Shown here piece by piece: positions 10,843-28,169 of a stretch of DNA of 64,000 nucleotides. Made by a program: the position numbers and the translations under genes. The stretch lies in contig JBNJNM010000021.1 in NCBI GenBank assembly GCA_052426225.1, positions 2,976,001-3,040,000 on the forward strand, written 5' to 3'. This stretch comes from Zancudomyces culisetae HAW-14-8 (lineage: Eukaryota > Fungi > Kickxellomycota). Each line of letters opens with the position of its first letter. Positions within the stretch are counted from its first letter, which is position 1. The notes beneath the pieces were generated by a model. The model saw only the letters and a list, made by a program, of their open reading frames with translations, made no database searches and was not told where the DNA came from.

Positions 10843-11180
10843 TGTAACATAACTATAGCAAATATATAAACTCTACTCAATTTTCCGATACTTAGTGACT
10901 GAGTTTTACCTCTTGTTTGTCTAAAGTACCGTGTCCCTTATATTATTTAGGTATAAAATAGCTTTATTTCCTATAGAACTAAAGGATAAAAAAACTTAAT
11001 TCACCTAGATAGAAGATTCGAAATCTATTAAATACCTAATTCGTTTTCTTTTTCTTGTATTTTTTCAATTTATCTCAATTTTTTTGTGTTTTTTCCTTTC
11101 TTTTCTCAAATTATAAAATATGATAAATAATGTCAAAAATATTATGAACACAGTCATAGGCTAGCTATGACTATATTACA
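10843..11180. repeat. Possible solo LTR
   Basis: TGTAA...TTACA ends, near-TSD CAGT/GAGT, and a terminal hairpin AGTCATAG..CTATGACT resembling the element A LTR end. No second copy in the window. Confidence 0.35.
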
Positions 11181-11185
11181 GAGTG

Positions 11186-14100
11186 TGTTAACTTCAGACC
11201 CTTTTCTGGTAGTAGTCGTAGTTATTCGTATTTAGTTGGTTTAAAATTTAATAGAAAAGTTAATTATATACTTGTTTTATTCGAAACTCTAACTAATTAT
11301 TAAGACTTTTTTCTTATTTTGGTTATTATTCTTTATTTTTTATTGCTAAAAAGTTGTTATTCCTAAAAGTTATTCTTCCAAACTATAAATAAAATTTATA
11401 TTAAACTATTTTTTTTTACATCTATTTTGTTACCTCAATTTTTTTGTGTTATCAATTTTTGTTTTGTAATTTCTTGGCTCATTAAAAATAGCAAATTGTT
11501 AGGGAAAAAAGATTTCAATTTTTCCACTAATTTTAATATAGTAATTTATCAGAATTGACTTTGTCAATTTGTATTTTTTATAATATAAAATTATTTATGC
11601 AACAGAACCCCCTTCCCAAATTGGACGTACAGGGTTTTTAAAACGCTGCAACTTCGACCTAAGCTGTGTAGTAACTTCAGGAACCATTCGATTACTATGG
11701 ATAAAACTTTTCAGTGAATCGCCATTCACAATGTCACGATTTCCATCCGAATCTGCGATCAGGTAAGCACCTAAATTTAGTTTTTTCAACACTCGGTACG
11801 GACCTTCCCATACCTCCTGAAACTTGTCGGTAACGTGTTCAATCAGTTTTAAGACCATTTCGTCAACTTTGAAATTTACTAATCTTACTCTTCGGTCATA
11901 TATTAACTTCATATTTTGCTTTGCTTTGACACTTTTTTGATAGCCAATGCTTCGTAGTTCGGGTATACTGGTGTTTATGGCTGCAATTCTTTCCTGGATG
12001 GCGAGATCTAAATCGCTGATTTCGGCCGGCGGAGACCATAACGCAGGCGTACTTAACTTTACTCCGTATAGTAGTTCGGCCGGGCTCATGCCTGTGCTTC
12101 TGTTTCTCATTGTCCTGATAACCAGTAGCGACTTCCATAAGTAAGAGTCCCAATTGTTTTTGTCTGCTTTGCATTGTCTTGCTAACGTATATTTTAGGGT
12201 TTGGTTCAGGCGCTCGACCTGACCATTTGACTGCGGGCGATACGGTGTGGATGGTGTATGTTTAATTCTGAGGTACTTATAAACTGTGTCTGCTGCTTCG
12301 CTGATAAAACCCGAGCCTCAATCAGTGATTATTTGATCGGGGGTACCGTAGTACTGAACTATGTGAGTTATTATAAAGTTAATTATAGTATCCGATTTTA
12401 TATTTTCTACGGCCTCAGCTACAGGCCAGCGCGTAAAATAGTCAATGCCCGTGAGAATGTAACGGTTTCCTTGAGTAGATACTGGACTAATAGGGCCAAC
12501 TGCATCTAGCCCAAAGATGCCAAAAGGTTTGTGGACGTATATCGGCTGAAGCTCGTTGTTCCTATTGCGATTTCCAATATATCTCTGACATACTAGACAT
12601 TCTTTTACTACTTTTTTAACAGTTTTAAATAAATCGTTTCCTGTATACTTCTCTGCGATTCTCCTCCACGTATTCTCGATTCCTTGATGAGACTCGTCAT
12701 GAATCTCTTTAACCTTTTCAGTTATGATATTTGTTAATAAAACTTCATTCCAAACTCCCTTACATAATTTGAATAATTTGTTGTTGATAAGCTTGAATTT
12801 TTTAGATAAATAATTAATCTTTTTCTTTGACACTTCGTCGCTTTGCTCTGGGTACCTATTATTTAGTAAATATTCTAAAATAGTTTCGTTAGATATTTTT
12901 GTTACAGCAAATACATCTATAACTTCCTCAACCGATGTAGTAGGTTCTAATCTTGAGAGGGCATCAGCAGGGTTTGACTTTCCTTTGCAATGTACAATTG
13001 TATAGTCATAATTTCGAAGAATCATAGCCCACCTGGCTACTCTTCCGGCTATATCTTTTCCATTGAACAAATTCAGTAAAGCTTTATGGTCCGTACGTAT
13101 AGTGAAATGGCGTCCCCACAGGTAATGTTTGAATTTTTTTACGCCCCAAATTACAGCTAAACCCTCGAGATGGGTAATAGAGTAATTTCTCTCTTGCTTG
13201 TTTGTGGTTTTACTAGCAAAACAAATAGGTCTCTCGCCAAGTTCCGAAGATTGTGAAAGTATAGCACCAACGCCTTCGATTGAAGCGTCAGTGGTAAGTA
13301 TAAACTCTGAATCCCAATTTGGATGAGCTAATGTGGGTGCGGTACAAAGGCTTTGTTTTAATAAATTAACTGCATTTTCTTGTTCAATAGACCATTTCCA
13401 AGTGTTTTCTTTCCTAAGTAGTTTGACTAAAGGCGCGGAAATCAATGCATAACGGTCCACGAATTTGCGATAATACCCGACTAGACCGAGAAAAGATTGT
13501 AGTTCCTTGGCGTTATTAGGTACCTTTGCTTCTGTAATTGCTTTTATTTTATCATTTGTAGTACCAATTCCCTCAGAAGACACGGTATGTCCCAAGTAAC
13601 ACAATTTATTCATTCCTAATAAACACTTATCACTATGCAGTTGAATTTTATGTTGTCTAAGTAGCTCAAATACCTTTTTTTAATCCTCCACATGCTGCTC
13701 AACTGACTGAGAGTAAATAATAATGTCATCAATAAAAACGACTGCGATCTTCCAAAGTACTGGAGAAAGGGCTTTCTCCATAAGTCGTTGAAAAGAGGCC
13801 GGGCTGTTTGTCAGCCCAAACGGCATGACATTGTAGCAGTAGCTACCGCCTCCAGGGATTGCAAACGCGATTTTTAATCTGTCTTTGGCTGCCATTCTTA
13901 TTTGCCAAAACCCAGATAGCGCGTCTAAGCTGGTAAATATTTTGCTACCGGCAAGCGACATAAATATATCATCTATAGTAGGTAACGGATAACAATCCTT
14001 TTTGGTTACCTGGTTCAGCTTCCTATAATCTGCACATATCCTTAACTTGCCATTCTTTTTATAAACTGTTACGACTGGCGAACACCACTCTGAATAACAC

Positions 14101-15085
14101 GGTGAAATTATTCCTTTATTCTCCATTTCAATTAACTCATTTCTAACCTTTTCTTGCATATGATAGGGAATTCTGTATGGGCGCTGCTTGATCGGAGTAT
14201 AATCTGTTAGTTCAATACTATGCTCTGAGAGATTAGTTTGGGTAAGCTCCCCTATGTCTTCAACAAAGATATCAGCATATTGCTCTCGTAGTTTGATAAA
14301 CCTTTCATCCTCGATTTGCTTGTTATCACTTTCAACACCATTGTCACTCTTCACCATAAAATATAGCTCAGTTTCTTGTGACCAGTAAGTCGTATCTTCT
14401 GCAAGTATATCATTGGTATAACTAATATTTCTGAATGTGTGTGTATCTTTAGTTCTCTGCTTCTTGGATCTATAATCCCGTGGTGCCTATACAACCAATC
14501 TGTGCCGAGAATTAAAGTACTTCCTTTGCGATTCATAACTATGAGCTCTGCTTCTAGTAAGTGATTTCCTATAGTTATAGGTACTTTGTTCATAACACCT
14601 TCAGTGAGATGTTTTGTTCCATCAGCTGTTACCAACACTTGTCTGTGCCAACCCTCTGGTTCTATGCCCCACTGCTCAACCATGCTTGGTGTAGTTACAG
14701 AACAAGCGGCTCCAGAGTCAACAACAGCTCAATAGTTTTTGTTGAATACCGTGACCATGACCCGGCAGTTGCTGATTTTTTGTGGTAATACCCTGATTTC
14801 ATTTACTTCTTGTTTTTTTATTTTTTTAGAAAGACTATTAAACTCTGTTGCTATGGTAAATGAAACGGCTATTAACTGAGGTAGACTAATCTTTGGATAA
14901 AACTAGTTAAATTCAGATTGTAGATTGAATGGCTCGACGTTTTCGATAATGCGCTGGATGGTTTTCTGTTTTTTATTCACTATAGTGACTTCAGGTGTAA
15001 CTTCCATATCCATGTCCACAACATTATCTGTTATAGTTGCCTCAGGTTTTATAATAACAGGTTTCATCTTTCTAACTGGTTTATA
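11186..15085 (-). mobile_element. Decayed Ty3/Gypsy element related to element A (element B); 5' part missing
   Basis: Frameshifted gag-end, PR, RT, RH and IN fragments (ORFs 14351-14683, 13680-14357, 12318-13613, 11595-12110) are colinear with element A (FIDD, WEGPY, MVPEVTT). PPT at about 11608-11617. Putative 3' LTR at about 11186-11604. Cut off at the Tc1 element. Confidence 0.88.
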
Positions 15086-15094
15086 TCAATTATA

Positions 15095-16640
15095 CAGTGA
15101 GTTTCAATTATGTCTCAAAATATTGAAAATAATTTATAAAGTGTAATATCTCGCTCAATAATTTCCAGAAATTATATGTTTTTTATAATATAAAATGCAC
15201 AAATGTTATATGTTAATTTTATATAAACTGTAAATTAATTGGATAAAAATTCATTATGAAATTATAAATTGAAAAAATTTTAAAAATGAGACAATTTTGG
15301 GAATTTTTCAAAAAAAAAATTTAAACTATCATAACTTTATGAATTCAAACTTATATATTTTTAAACTTTTACGTATAATAATATATATAATTGTTATACT
15401 AATCAAAATAATAATTTTTTAAAAAATGATATCTGAACAACGTATACTGGATATTAAAAACGCGTTACTTGAAGGCAGAAGCATTGACCAAATCATTATA
15501 GATAATGGAGTTAGTAAAGCAACAATATACAGAATAAAAGCAGCAATGAATATCAATTTACCGGCTAATAAACGCGGTCGTCCAGCGAAGCTTTCACCCC
15601 AAAGCAAGCGAATATGTACTAGGATGATATTATCTAGTGTGTATCGATCTGCTACTTATATAAAAGAAGTTAGAAATGGATAATGTTGTAAGTGCTAGTA
15701 AGTCTACAATATATAGGGCTTTTAATGATCTAAAAGCCGTTGCAAAAAAGAAGGCATCCAAACCGAAACTTAGCCTTAAAAATATTGCAAAAAGGTTGAG
15801 ATTCGCAAAATCTCATCACCACTGGACTACTGATGATTGGAGACGAGCAATTTGGTCCGACGAAACTAAAATCAACCGATTTGGATCTGATGGAAATGAA
15901 TGGACTTGGGTTCGTGATGGTGTGAGTCTACAGCCGCACAATATTAACCAGACCGTAAAACACGGTGGTGGATCATTAATGATTTGGGGATGCATCACAG
16001 CATTTGGAACTGGCTACATGTGCCGAATAGAAGGAATGTTAAACAAGAAAGGTTATTTAAACATTTTATAATACGAGCTTAGCAATACAATAAAGTACTA
16101 CAAGTTGGATCCCAAGTCAATAATATTTCAACATGACAATGATCCTAAACTTACCGCAAAGTTAGTTACCAGCTGGCTTGAAAACCAGGATTATAATACA
16201 TTGGACTGGCCACCACAATCTCCAGACTTAAACCCAATCGAAACTATATGGGCAATCATCAAAAGACGCCTAAATGATACAGTAAACCTCCGTCCGGGAT
16301 GATCGAATTATGGGAGCGAATAGAAACGGAATGGAATTTAATTTCAGTGGAAAAAATACTTGGTCTTATAGATAGTATGCTCAAAAGAGTTTAGGCTGTT
16401 GTCAAGTCTAATTGAAGGTGGACAGAATTATATAGTTTTATTTTGAAATATTCCCAAAATTGTCTCATTTTTAAAATTTTTTCAGTTTATAATTTTATAA
16501 TGAATTTTTAACCAATAATTACTGTTAATTTATATACTGAATATAACATTTGTGCATTATATAATATAATAAACATATATTTTCTGGATATTATTGAGCG
16601 AGATATTACACTTTGCAATTATTTTCAATATATTGTGACC
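15095..16640 (+). mobile_element. Tc1-family DNA transposon (Tc1-1) with long TIRs; right TIR tip missing
   Basis: TA|CAGTG start. About 15112-15310 is an inverted repeat of about 16441-16640. Disrupted transposase in between. Confidence 0.9.
15426..16430 (+). pseudogene. Tc1 DD34E transposase, disrupted
   Basis: GRPAK, WSDETK, KHGGGSLMIWGC, FQHDND and [12 protein letters not shown], split by frameshifts and stops. Confidence 0.92.
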
Positions 16641-16661
16641 TTTTTAATCTATCTGTTCGTG

Positions 16662-16970
16662 TGTTATGGTTTTAAATTATATGAAACCTTTGTATCCACA
16701 AGACAATGTTTCTTATAATTTATCAATTATAACCATAACATTTACCGACCTCCACATTAAATTTAATTGTTTTGTGAGTTTTAGTTATGTTTTAGTTATG
16801 TTTTAAAAATTGTATAATTTTTCACATTATCGACCCATCTGAAAATATTTAAGCTATACTATTATCATGATGGAATGATAAGTTTTATAACGAGTTTAGT
16901 TTCGTTTAGTTTATTCACTTTTAGTCTAGTTTATAAATAAATATATTTTATCCAAGTCCAGACCCTGACA
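16662..16970 (+). repeat. Solo LTR, family X
   Basis: TGTTATGGTT...CCTGACA. Homologous to 44652-44743 (+) and 50816-51068 (-). Confidence 0.7.
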
Positions 16971-17382
16971 TGGTATTATTTACTCTGTAGTACCTAAAAA
17001 AATTTATTGGTATATCCAATCTTAATAAGATATCAATATAAATAAATTATGATATTTAGAATTAATGCATAAATAAGTAATAAAAATCTAAATAAGCAAA
17101 TTGATATTTAATGAATTATTATAGATTGATGAATATTGTCCGATTAGATATAGTCTTTTAAGTGGTATTTAATGAATAAATTAATGTTAATTTTGTGTAA
17201 TAAATAGTATTAATGTTTACAATGTAGTAAAATATTAGTAATAAACTTGAATAGATTAATGATAAACTCTAAAATTAATTAAATATGATATAAATGGACA
17301 ATTATTTAGTGCCCGTATTTCGTTATTTGATTATATCACAACTAAACATTAATTTTACACATATATTAATTTTGCACGATTA

Positions 17383-17708
17383 TGTTAGGTTTTATTAGAG
17401 TATAATTATAATATACATTTTGAAGAATATTAACTTCCTAAATGAAGATAATAATATCACTGTCTCTTCCATCGACGTTTTCTGTCGTGGTTTAAATACG
17501 TGAAGAGACAGGTGAAAAATAAGACAAATATTTCATGTGCATAAAATTACTTAACATTATGTGATGTTTCAGGATGTTAATCACATCCAGACATTTACAT
17601 AGATGTTAATCCCGTTCGGAGTTTTTATCCTAGATGTTAACGTGATTAATCACGTTAACATGATACGTTACTAATATTGTGATTTTAACGTTGCATGTTC
17701 ACGTTACA
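17383..17708 (-). repeat. Palindrome-rich solo LTR-like repeat, family W
   Basis: TG...CA bounded. Inverted near-copy of 42572-42899. Confidence 0.75.
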
Positions 17709-18079
17709 AATATAAAGTTTTAAATTAATCTATAATAAAACTATTTAAGCTAAATTAAAATTCTAATTCATAATAGTTTATATTTTTGAAATCAACTTTG
17801 TCCAACCAATTAGACTTTAGAAAATCTTGTTTATACAATATGTATTTATATTAAACATTATGTTTAACATGATCGAATTAGCTTAAAATTATTTACACAT
17901 TTCAAATTACATATTGAAACTTAATACTGATAATAGGTTCCGTTTGCGCTTAAACATAAATGATTATTTTGACCTCATTGGTTATTTCAATAATATAGAT
18001 ATAGTTGAAAAGTCTGAATCGGAGAACTTGTCTATAGTATATATAACTCGCAGAAGTAATCATGAAACTTACACTGAGC

Positions 18080-20816
18080 TAGGGAGTAACGTCTTTCAAG
18101 GTGGATAGACATGTGATTACTGGTAATAAGCGTCAAGGCATGATCGTAGAGTCTCGCTTTGACATACCGTGCCCGCTTAACCTCCAAGCGGCTAGCCTCC
18201 AGCTCTTGTTCTTGTTCATGAGGCGTTTTCCGCTTGAGGGGTCTGCTAGAACTTCCCGGGCAGGGATCAGAAGTGGACTGGAGGTCGACAGGGCCCTGAG
18301 ATCCGGGAACCAAAGGCTCGACTTCCAGTATGGGGTCACCAAGGTCACGGAAAGTTTCTCCCTCCTGACCTTTTGGATGACCTGGGGTATCAAGTTCCAT
18401 GGAGGACAGATGTAAGGGTTCCTCCATGGGTTCCAATGGTAACGGAGAGCATTGGAGGCTACCGCCAACGGGTCCCTGTACCAGGTCATGTACAAGGGAA
18501 CCTTCTTGTTGGTCGCTGAGGCAAATAGATCGATGTCATGGGGACCGAACATCCAATCTATCTTGCTGAACATCCTGGGCGATATCTCCCATTCCACTTG
18601 CGCTGTCAGTCTGGATGGCGCATCTGCTGGATTGATCGCTGAAGGGATGTAATCGATCTGTGGGCGTGTCCTCGACGTCAAACAGAAGTTCCATAAACCT
18701 TCGGCTACCTCCAAAAGTTTCGAGGAGCGAGTCCCACCTTGATTCTTGACGTATGCGATCGTCGCATTGTTGTCGCAATAGAGCAGAATGCTCCTCCCTA
18801 TGACTTCTGGAAGCCTGAGAGCTATCTGAACTACCTGTAGTTCCTTGACATTGATCGGCTGCTGGCTCCAAAACTTGTCCCATGTCCCACTGTATGTTCT
18901 GATGTCTGTCACTATGCCCCATCCCTTGTCGCTGGCGTCCGTAAATATCTCCTTGGAGGGAACTTCGGGTATAAATGACCTCCCGTTCCACTGTTTGAGC
19001 TGTGTAGCCCACCATTTCAGGTTCTCGATGGCTGGAGGAGGTAGAAAAACTGTCGCATTCCAGTCTCCATGTTCCTTGAGGCCCCTGATCTTGGCCTCCT
19101 GAAGGCGCCTGAGCCTGAGACGACCCGGGAGCAGCGCAATCGAAAGCGACTGGGCCCTCCCAATGAATGATGCCAGGTTTCTGAGGGAAGCTGACCCGCG
19201 ATTGATCAGCTTCTCGGCTTCCCGTCTGAGATCCCGCTTCTTGTCCTTGGGGACCTTCAGTGACATCTCGCGGCTGTTGATAGTCATCCCCAAGTGATCG
19301 ATAACTTGGCTTGGGACTAGGGATGACTTTGACTCCTTGATCAAGAAGCCTACCTTTGCCAGTTTTTTGAGGAGGAGGCTGACGTTTTGGGCACACCGGT
19401 CTTTTGAGTCGCTCAAGACCAGCAAATCGTCTAGATAAGCTGTCAATCTGATTCCTCTCTGCCTCGCCCATCTGAGCACGGGCTTGAGGACCTTTGTGAA
19501 GGTCCAGGGACTTAAAGAGAGACCGAAGGGAAGGACTCGGAACTGGTACAGCTTCCTTCCCCAGGTAAACCTTACAATTTTCTTGATGCCTTGTTCAATA
19601 ATACGTGGAGGAAGGCATCTCTTAAGTCGATACTTGCCATCCAGTCCTTTCTCTTGATGATCCTGCAGGTTTGCTGCAGTGTTTCCTTCTTGAAGGACCG
19701 GGGAGGGACGTATTGGTTGAGGGGTTTTAGGTTCAAAACCGGTCTCAGCTCTCCTGATTTCTTTGGGACGAGAAAGAGGCTTGAGTAGAAGCCTTTCTGG
19801 TCGCTTCTGCCCACTTCCTCTATGGCCCTCTTGGCCAAGAGGCTTATGATCTCTGCCTCTAAGGTCTCTCTGGCTGCTCTGCTCGCCGGAGGTGGTCTCG
19901 ACCGCGGCTGCGACGTGGTCGGTGGTTGGGTATGGAAGGGGGTTCTGAACCCCTCGGCTATCACGGACTGTACCCATCTGTCGTCTGTGGGTCTTTGCCA
20001 GGCTGCCTGGTACTGGGCAAGCCTTCCTCCTACTGTCTCTTCGCTGCCCTGTGCTTGGATCCAAAAGGGCGAGGGGCACTAGAGTTGAGAGTTTGAGGGC
20101 GCTGGGATTGCGTATACCTCTGAACACTCTGCTGAGGCGCCGGAGGCTGGCTTGACTGACCCGGGCTATGCTGAAACGTGGTAACGGGCTGCATTCTGGG
20201 TCCCAATCGTCTGGATACATTGGCTCTGGTGTTCTGCTTGGCTTGTGATTCTGATTTTCTGAGCTGGTCTCGTGCTGATATATGCTCGATGATCTTGGCT
20301 GGCATAATAATGAGGTTCTGGTCCTCCTCCCTAAACTTAGGGGTGCTTCCCTGAATTCCCATTGATCTAACATGTAATCAATTCTCTGTTGGGTGATGGT
20401 AGATGCCACATCACTGACCAAATCTCTGATATTGTTGGCAAAATCAATGCGTCCTTCCTGCTAACAGCTCCATCGCCTTGAATGCACTGGTGGATGAAAT
20501 AGTCAATCGGTCTAGTAATGCCTGACAGCTTATACTGAAGGTCGTATAATTCTGCATTTTGGCATCTAGCCGATTGACTCTGTCCCATATCTGGAAGGCT
20601 TGGCGGTGTATATTCCATGCCCTCGTTGCGTGGAACGAGGCATAAAAGGTTCGCCTATCCGTCTCAGATAGTTGACTTTTAAAAAAGTCTTTCCATGCTT
20701 GTAATAGCATGTCTCAGTTCAGGATAGAGCTTAAGATCGTATGTGGCTGGTATTTCGACCACATACTGAACCTCGGTGACCATCTCAGGGTCTTCTGAGG
20801 CTGGATCCGGTGCCAT
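18080..20816 (-). mobile_element. DIRS-type retrotransposon relic (DIRS-1): gag-like, RT, RNase H, methyltransferase-like domain; YR truncated
   Basis: GFYSSLFLVPKK, IDLRDAF, LPFGL, YLDD, FTDAS..GWG, NPADAPSR and HDIDLFAS..PYICPPW. Frameshifts present. The overlapping frame ends in a YR N-terminus-like segment. Confidence 0.88.
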
Positions 20817-21750
20817 AGCGATATCTGATATAATTTGTCGTAAATAATAGGGTTATTCAATAATATATGCCAGATTAAATTTTATACTATCAAAAAACTT
20901 ATATTCATTGAATACTTGAAAATTTAACATTTATTATAATCATATCTAAATATATATTTAACATCAATATTTATTTAAATGTATTATTTAAGTCCAATAT
21001 TTAACAATATTCGAACTTTCATATCTAGATAAATCATTTAAATATTAGATTAATTCATAAAATATATTATAATAATAGTATTAAAGATATTAATATTAAT
21101 TAAAATTATTAATGATATTAACAATATATTAATTATATTTTATAATGCTCAAGTAAACTTCAATTGTATCTGAATAACTAATAATTGATATTCATCTCTA
21201 TAATACTAAAATTATATATTTAATTATAATAGCGAGAATCATCAATATTAAATTGTCATAAATTATAATCATTATACAATATTGGTCTTAATCTTATATT
21301 ATCTTAAAATATTCATTTTGATGACATTGTAGATATAATTTATAATATACTAGAATATTTTAAATTATTTTAATATTATATTCATAAAAATTTATATCGG
21401 TTTCTGCCATGAATATGACATGAAAAGATTTTGAATTAGTATTGTTACAATACTGATTCAAAACACTCATTTTAATTGAAACATTTTGTTGTTTTAATTA
21501 TTTACTTAAGTAATGATACTAACACAAAACCATAATTATAATTATAACATTAATCTTACAATAGTTAATTATAATATTAGTACATGCTTTTATTAGTAAT
21601 ATTATTGAATATATAAAGTAATATTTTTTCGCTATGAAATCCTTAGCGATAAAATATTATCTTATCCTAAATAAAATATTTTCAAGCAACAATAGTACCT
21701 AGTGTCAATCGTGACATTATTTTATCGCTATTATCACTCCCTACTATATC

Positions 21751-22685
21751 ATGTCTACACAAGAAATAAACCTCGAACAACTCTTAATCGAATTGGAAAG
21801 ATTAAGAGAGGATAACGAAAGACTGCAAACAATCATTGCAAATCAAGCTCAACTCGTAGAAAACCATCTAACACAAAATTCAGACCCAGCCATAACACCA
21901 GACCATGTTGCAATACCAGAACCAGCTGCAGTAACAGATCCTAATCTATTGTCAACCACCATCCATACTCAGCCTGTTAAGATAGCTCTACCTGAACGTT
22001 ATGATGGTGACCGTACCAAATTTAGAGGATTTATCAATCAGTGTCGCCTCGTATTCTTTACACAACCTGGCCATTATCCTTCTTCGGCTAATAAAGTTGG
22101 ACTTATTATGTCTCTTCTTACAGGCAATGCATTACGTTGGGCAAGTCCATACATCGAAAAAAATAGTCCTGTGTTACATAATTTCGATCTATTCATGGAA
22201 GAATTTGCAAAAGTATTTGATGATCCACAACGTGCCCAAACAGCAAATGATGCTATAAGAGCACTAAAACAAGGTGATTCTTCAGTAACCATGTATGCTT
22301 CAGAATTCCGTAGGTTAATCATGGATCTCGACTGGAATGAAGCTGCCTGCGTATCACAATTTTCCGAAGGATTAAACGAATCGGTATTAGACACCTTAGC
22401 ATTATTCCAAACGCCTACTGACTTAGAAGGATACATAAATGCCGCTATTACAGTTGATGCGAGACTCACTCGACGTAAGGAAGAAAAACTGAGAAAACGC
22501 AGAGGCACCCAGAGGATAATTTCGACCATTCCCATTACTGAAAAAACCGAATACATGCAAGTGGATTCAGCTCAACGTACAGTAACACAAGCAGAAAGGG
22601 AGAGAAGGAACAAACTCAATCTTTGTTTCTATTGTGGTAGCGAAGGACATCAAGTTAACACCTGTCCAGCAAAGAATAAAAAACT

Positions 22686-22710
<25 letters not shown>
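21751..22710 (+). CDS. Gag of element C (capsid plus CCHC knuckle)
   Basis: LPERYDGDR..FRGFINQC, LKQG..YASEF and CFYCGSEGHQVNTC. Confidence 0.93.
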
Positions 22711-27064
<4,354 letters not shown>

Positions 27065-28169
27065 TTAGCCTTAAGAGGGAGTAATGTCATGAATATGACA
27101 TGAAAAGATTTTGAATTAGTATTGTTACAATACTGATTCAAAACACTCATTTTAATTGAAACATTTTGTTGTTTTAATTATTTACTTAAGTAATGATACT
27201 AACACAAAACCATAATTATAATTATAACATTAATCTTACAATAGTTAATTATAATATTAGTACATGCTTTTATTAGTAATATTATTGAATATATATAGTA
27301 ATATTTTTTCGCTATGAAATCCTTAGCGATAAAATATTATCTTATCCTAAATAAAATATTTTCAAGCAACAATAGTACCTAGTATCAATCGTGACAGTTT
27401 CTAATAAAAATTAGTAATAATTTTTTCATAAAACAAGTAATATTTAATAATTAATTATATTATTATTAAAATTTAATACTTAAAGACAATAATATTTTAA
27501 ATCAAATTATATCATCATTAATTATGATTCACGTTGATAAGTTTAATATTAAATCTATTAAACTATATTTTTTGTATAAAATTTAGTTATAGAAAATATA
27601 TTTAATAGAGTTAATATTAGTCTAATAATTATAGATATTACATTAGTATTTTAATGGTCATTATTGAATATAATTGATAAATTTAAGGAATTGATACATT
27701 AAATTTTCTGTACACAATTGTAGTGTACAATTATTTATATAATTTATTCAGCATAATTTTTCTCTCAAAACATTGTATTTATAAAGTAAATCTAGATTCT
27801 CTGTAATTCTAGCATTTCGCAAAAATAATATTAACAATAAAACAATAATCTAATTTAATACTGACATTTCCACATCGCATTTTGTTGTGATTTATATATT
27901 TTCGTCATGCGAATTCTGAACAAAATCAAGGTCGTAAGAACTTGTTTAACAATAAAAATATTTTCATACTTTGGTAAAAATATAGATATGACCTGTTTTA
28001 AATTATTATTTATCTATGTTGAGTATAGTTAAACATTGAGATAGTTGGTATATATAAATATATATGTATATTAAAATTAATTTGTAAATATTATTTTTTG
28101 TATCCTAACATACTAAGAAACTATATTAAATTGCAAGTATATCAAAAAATAATTCTAAGTATTAGGCAT

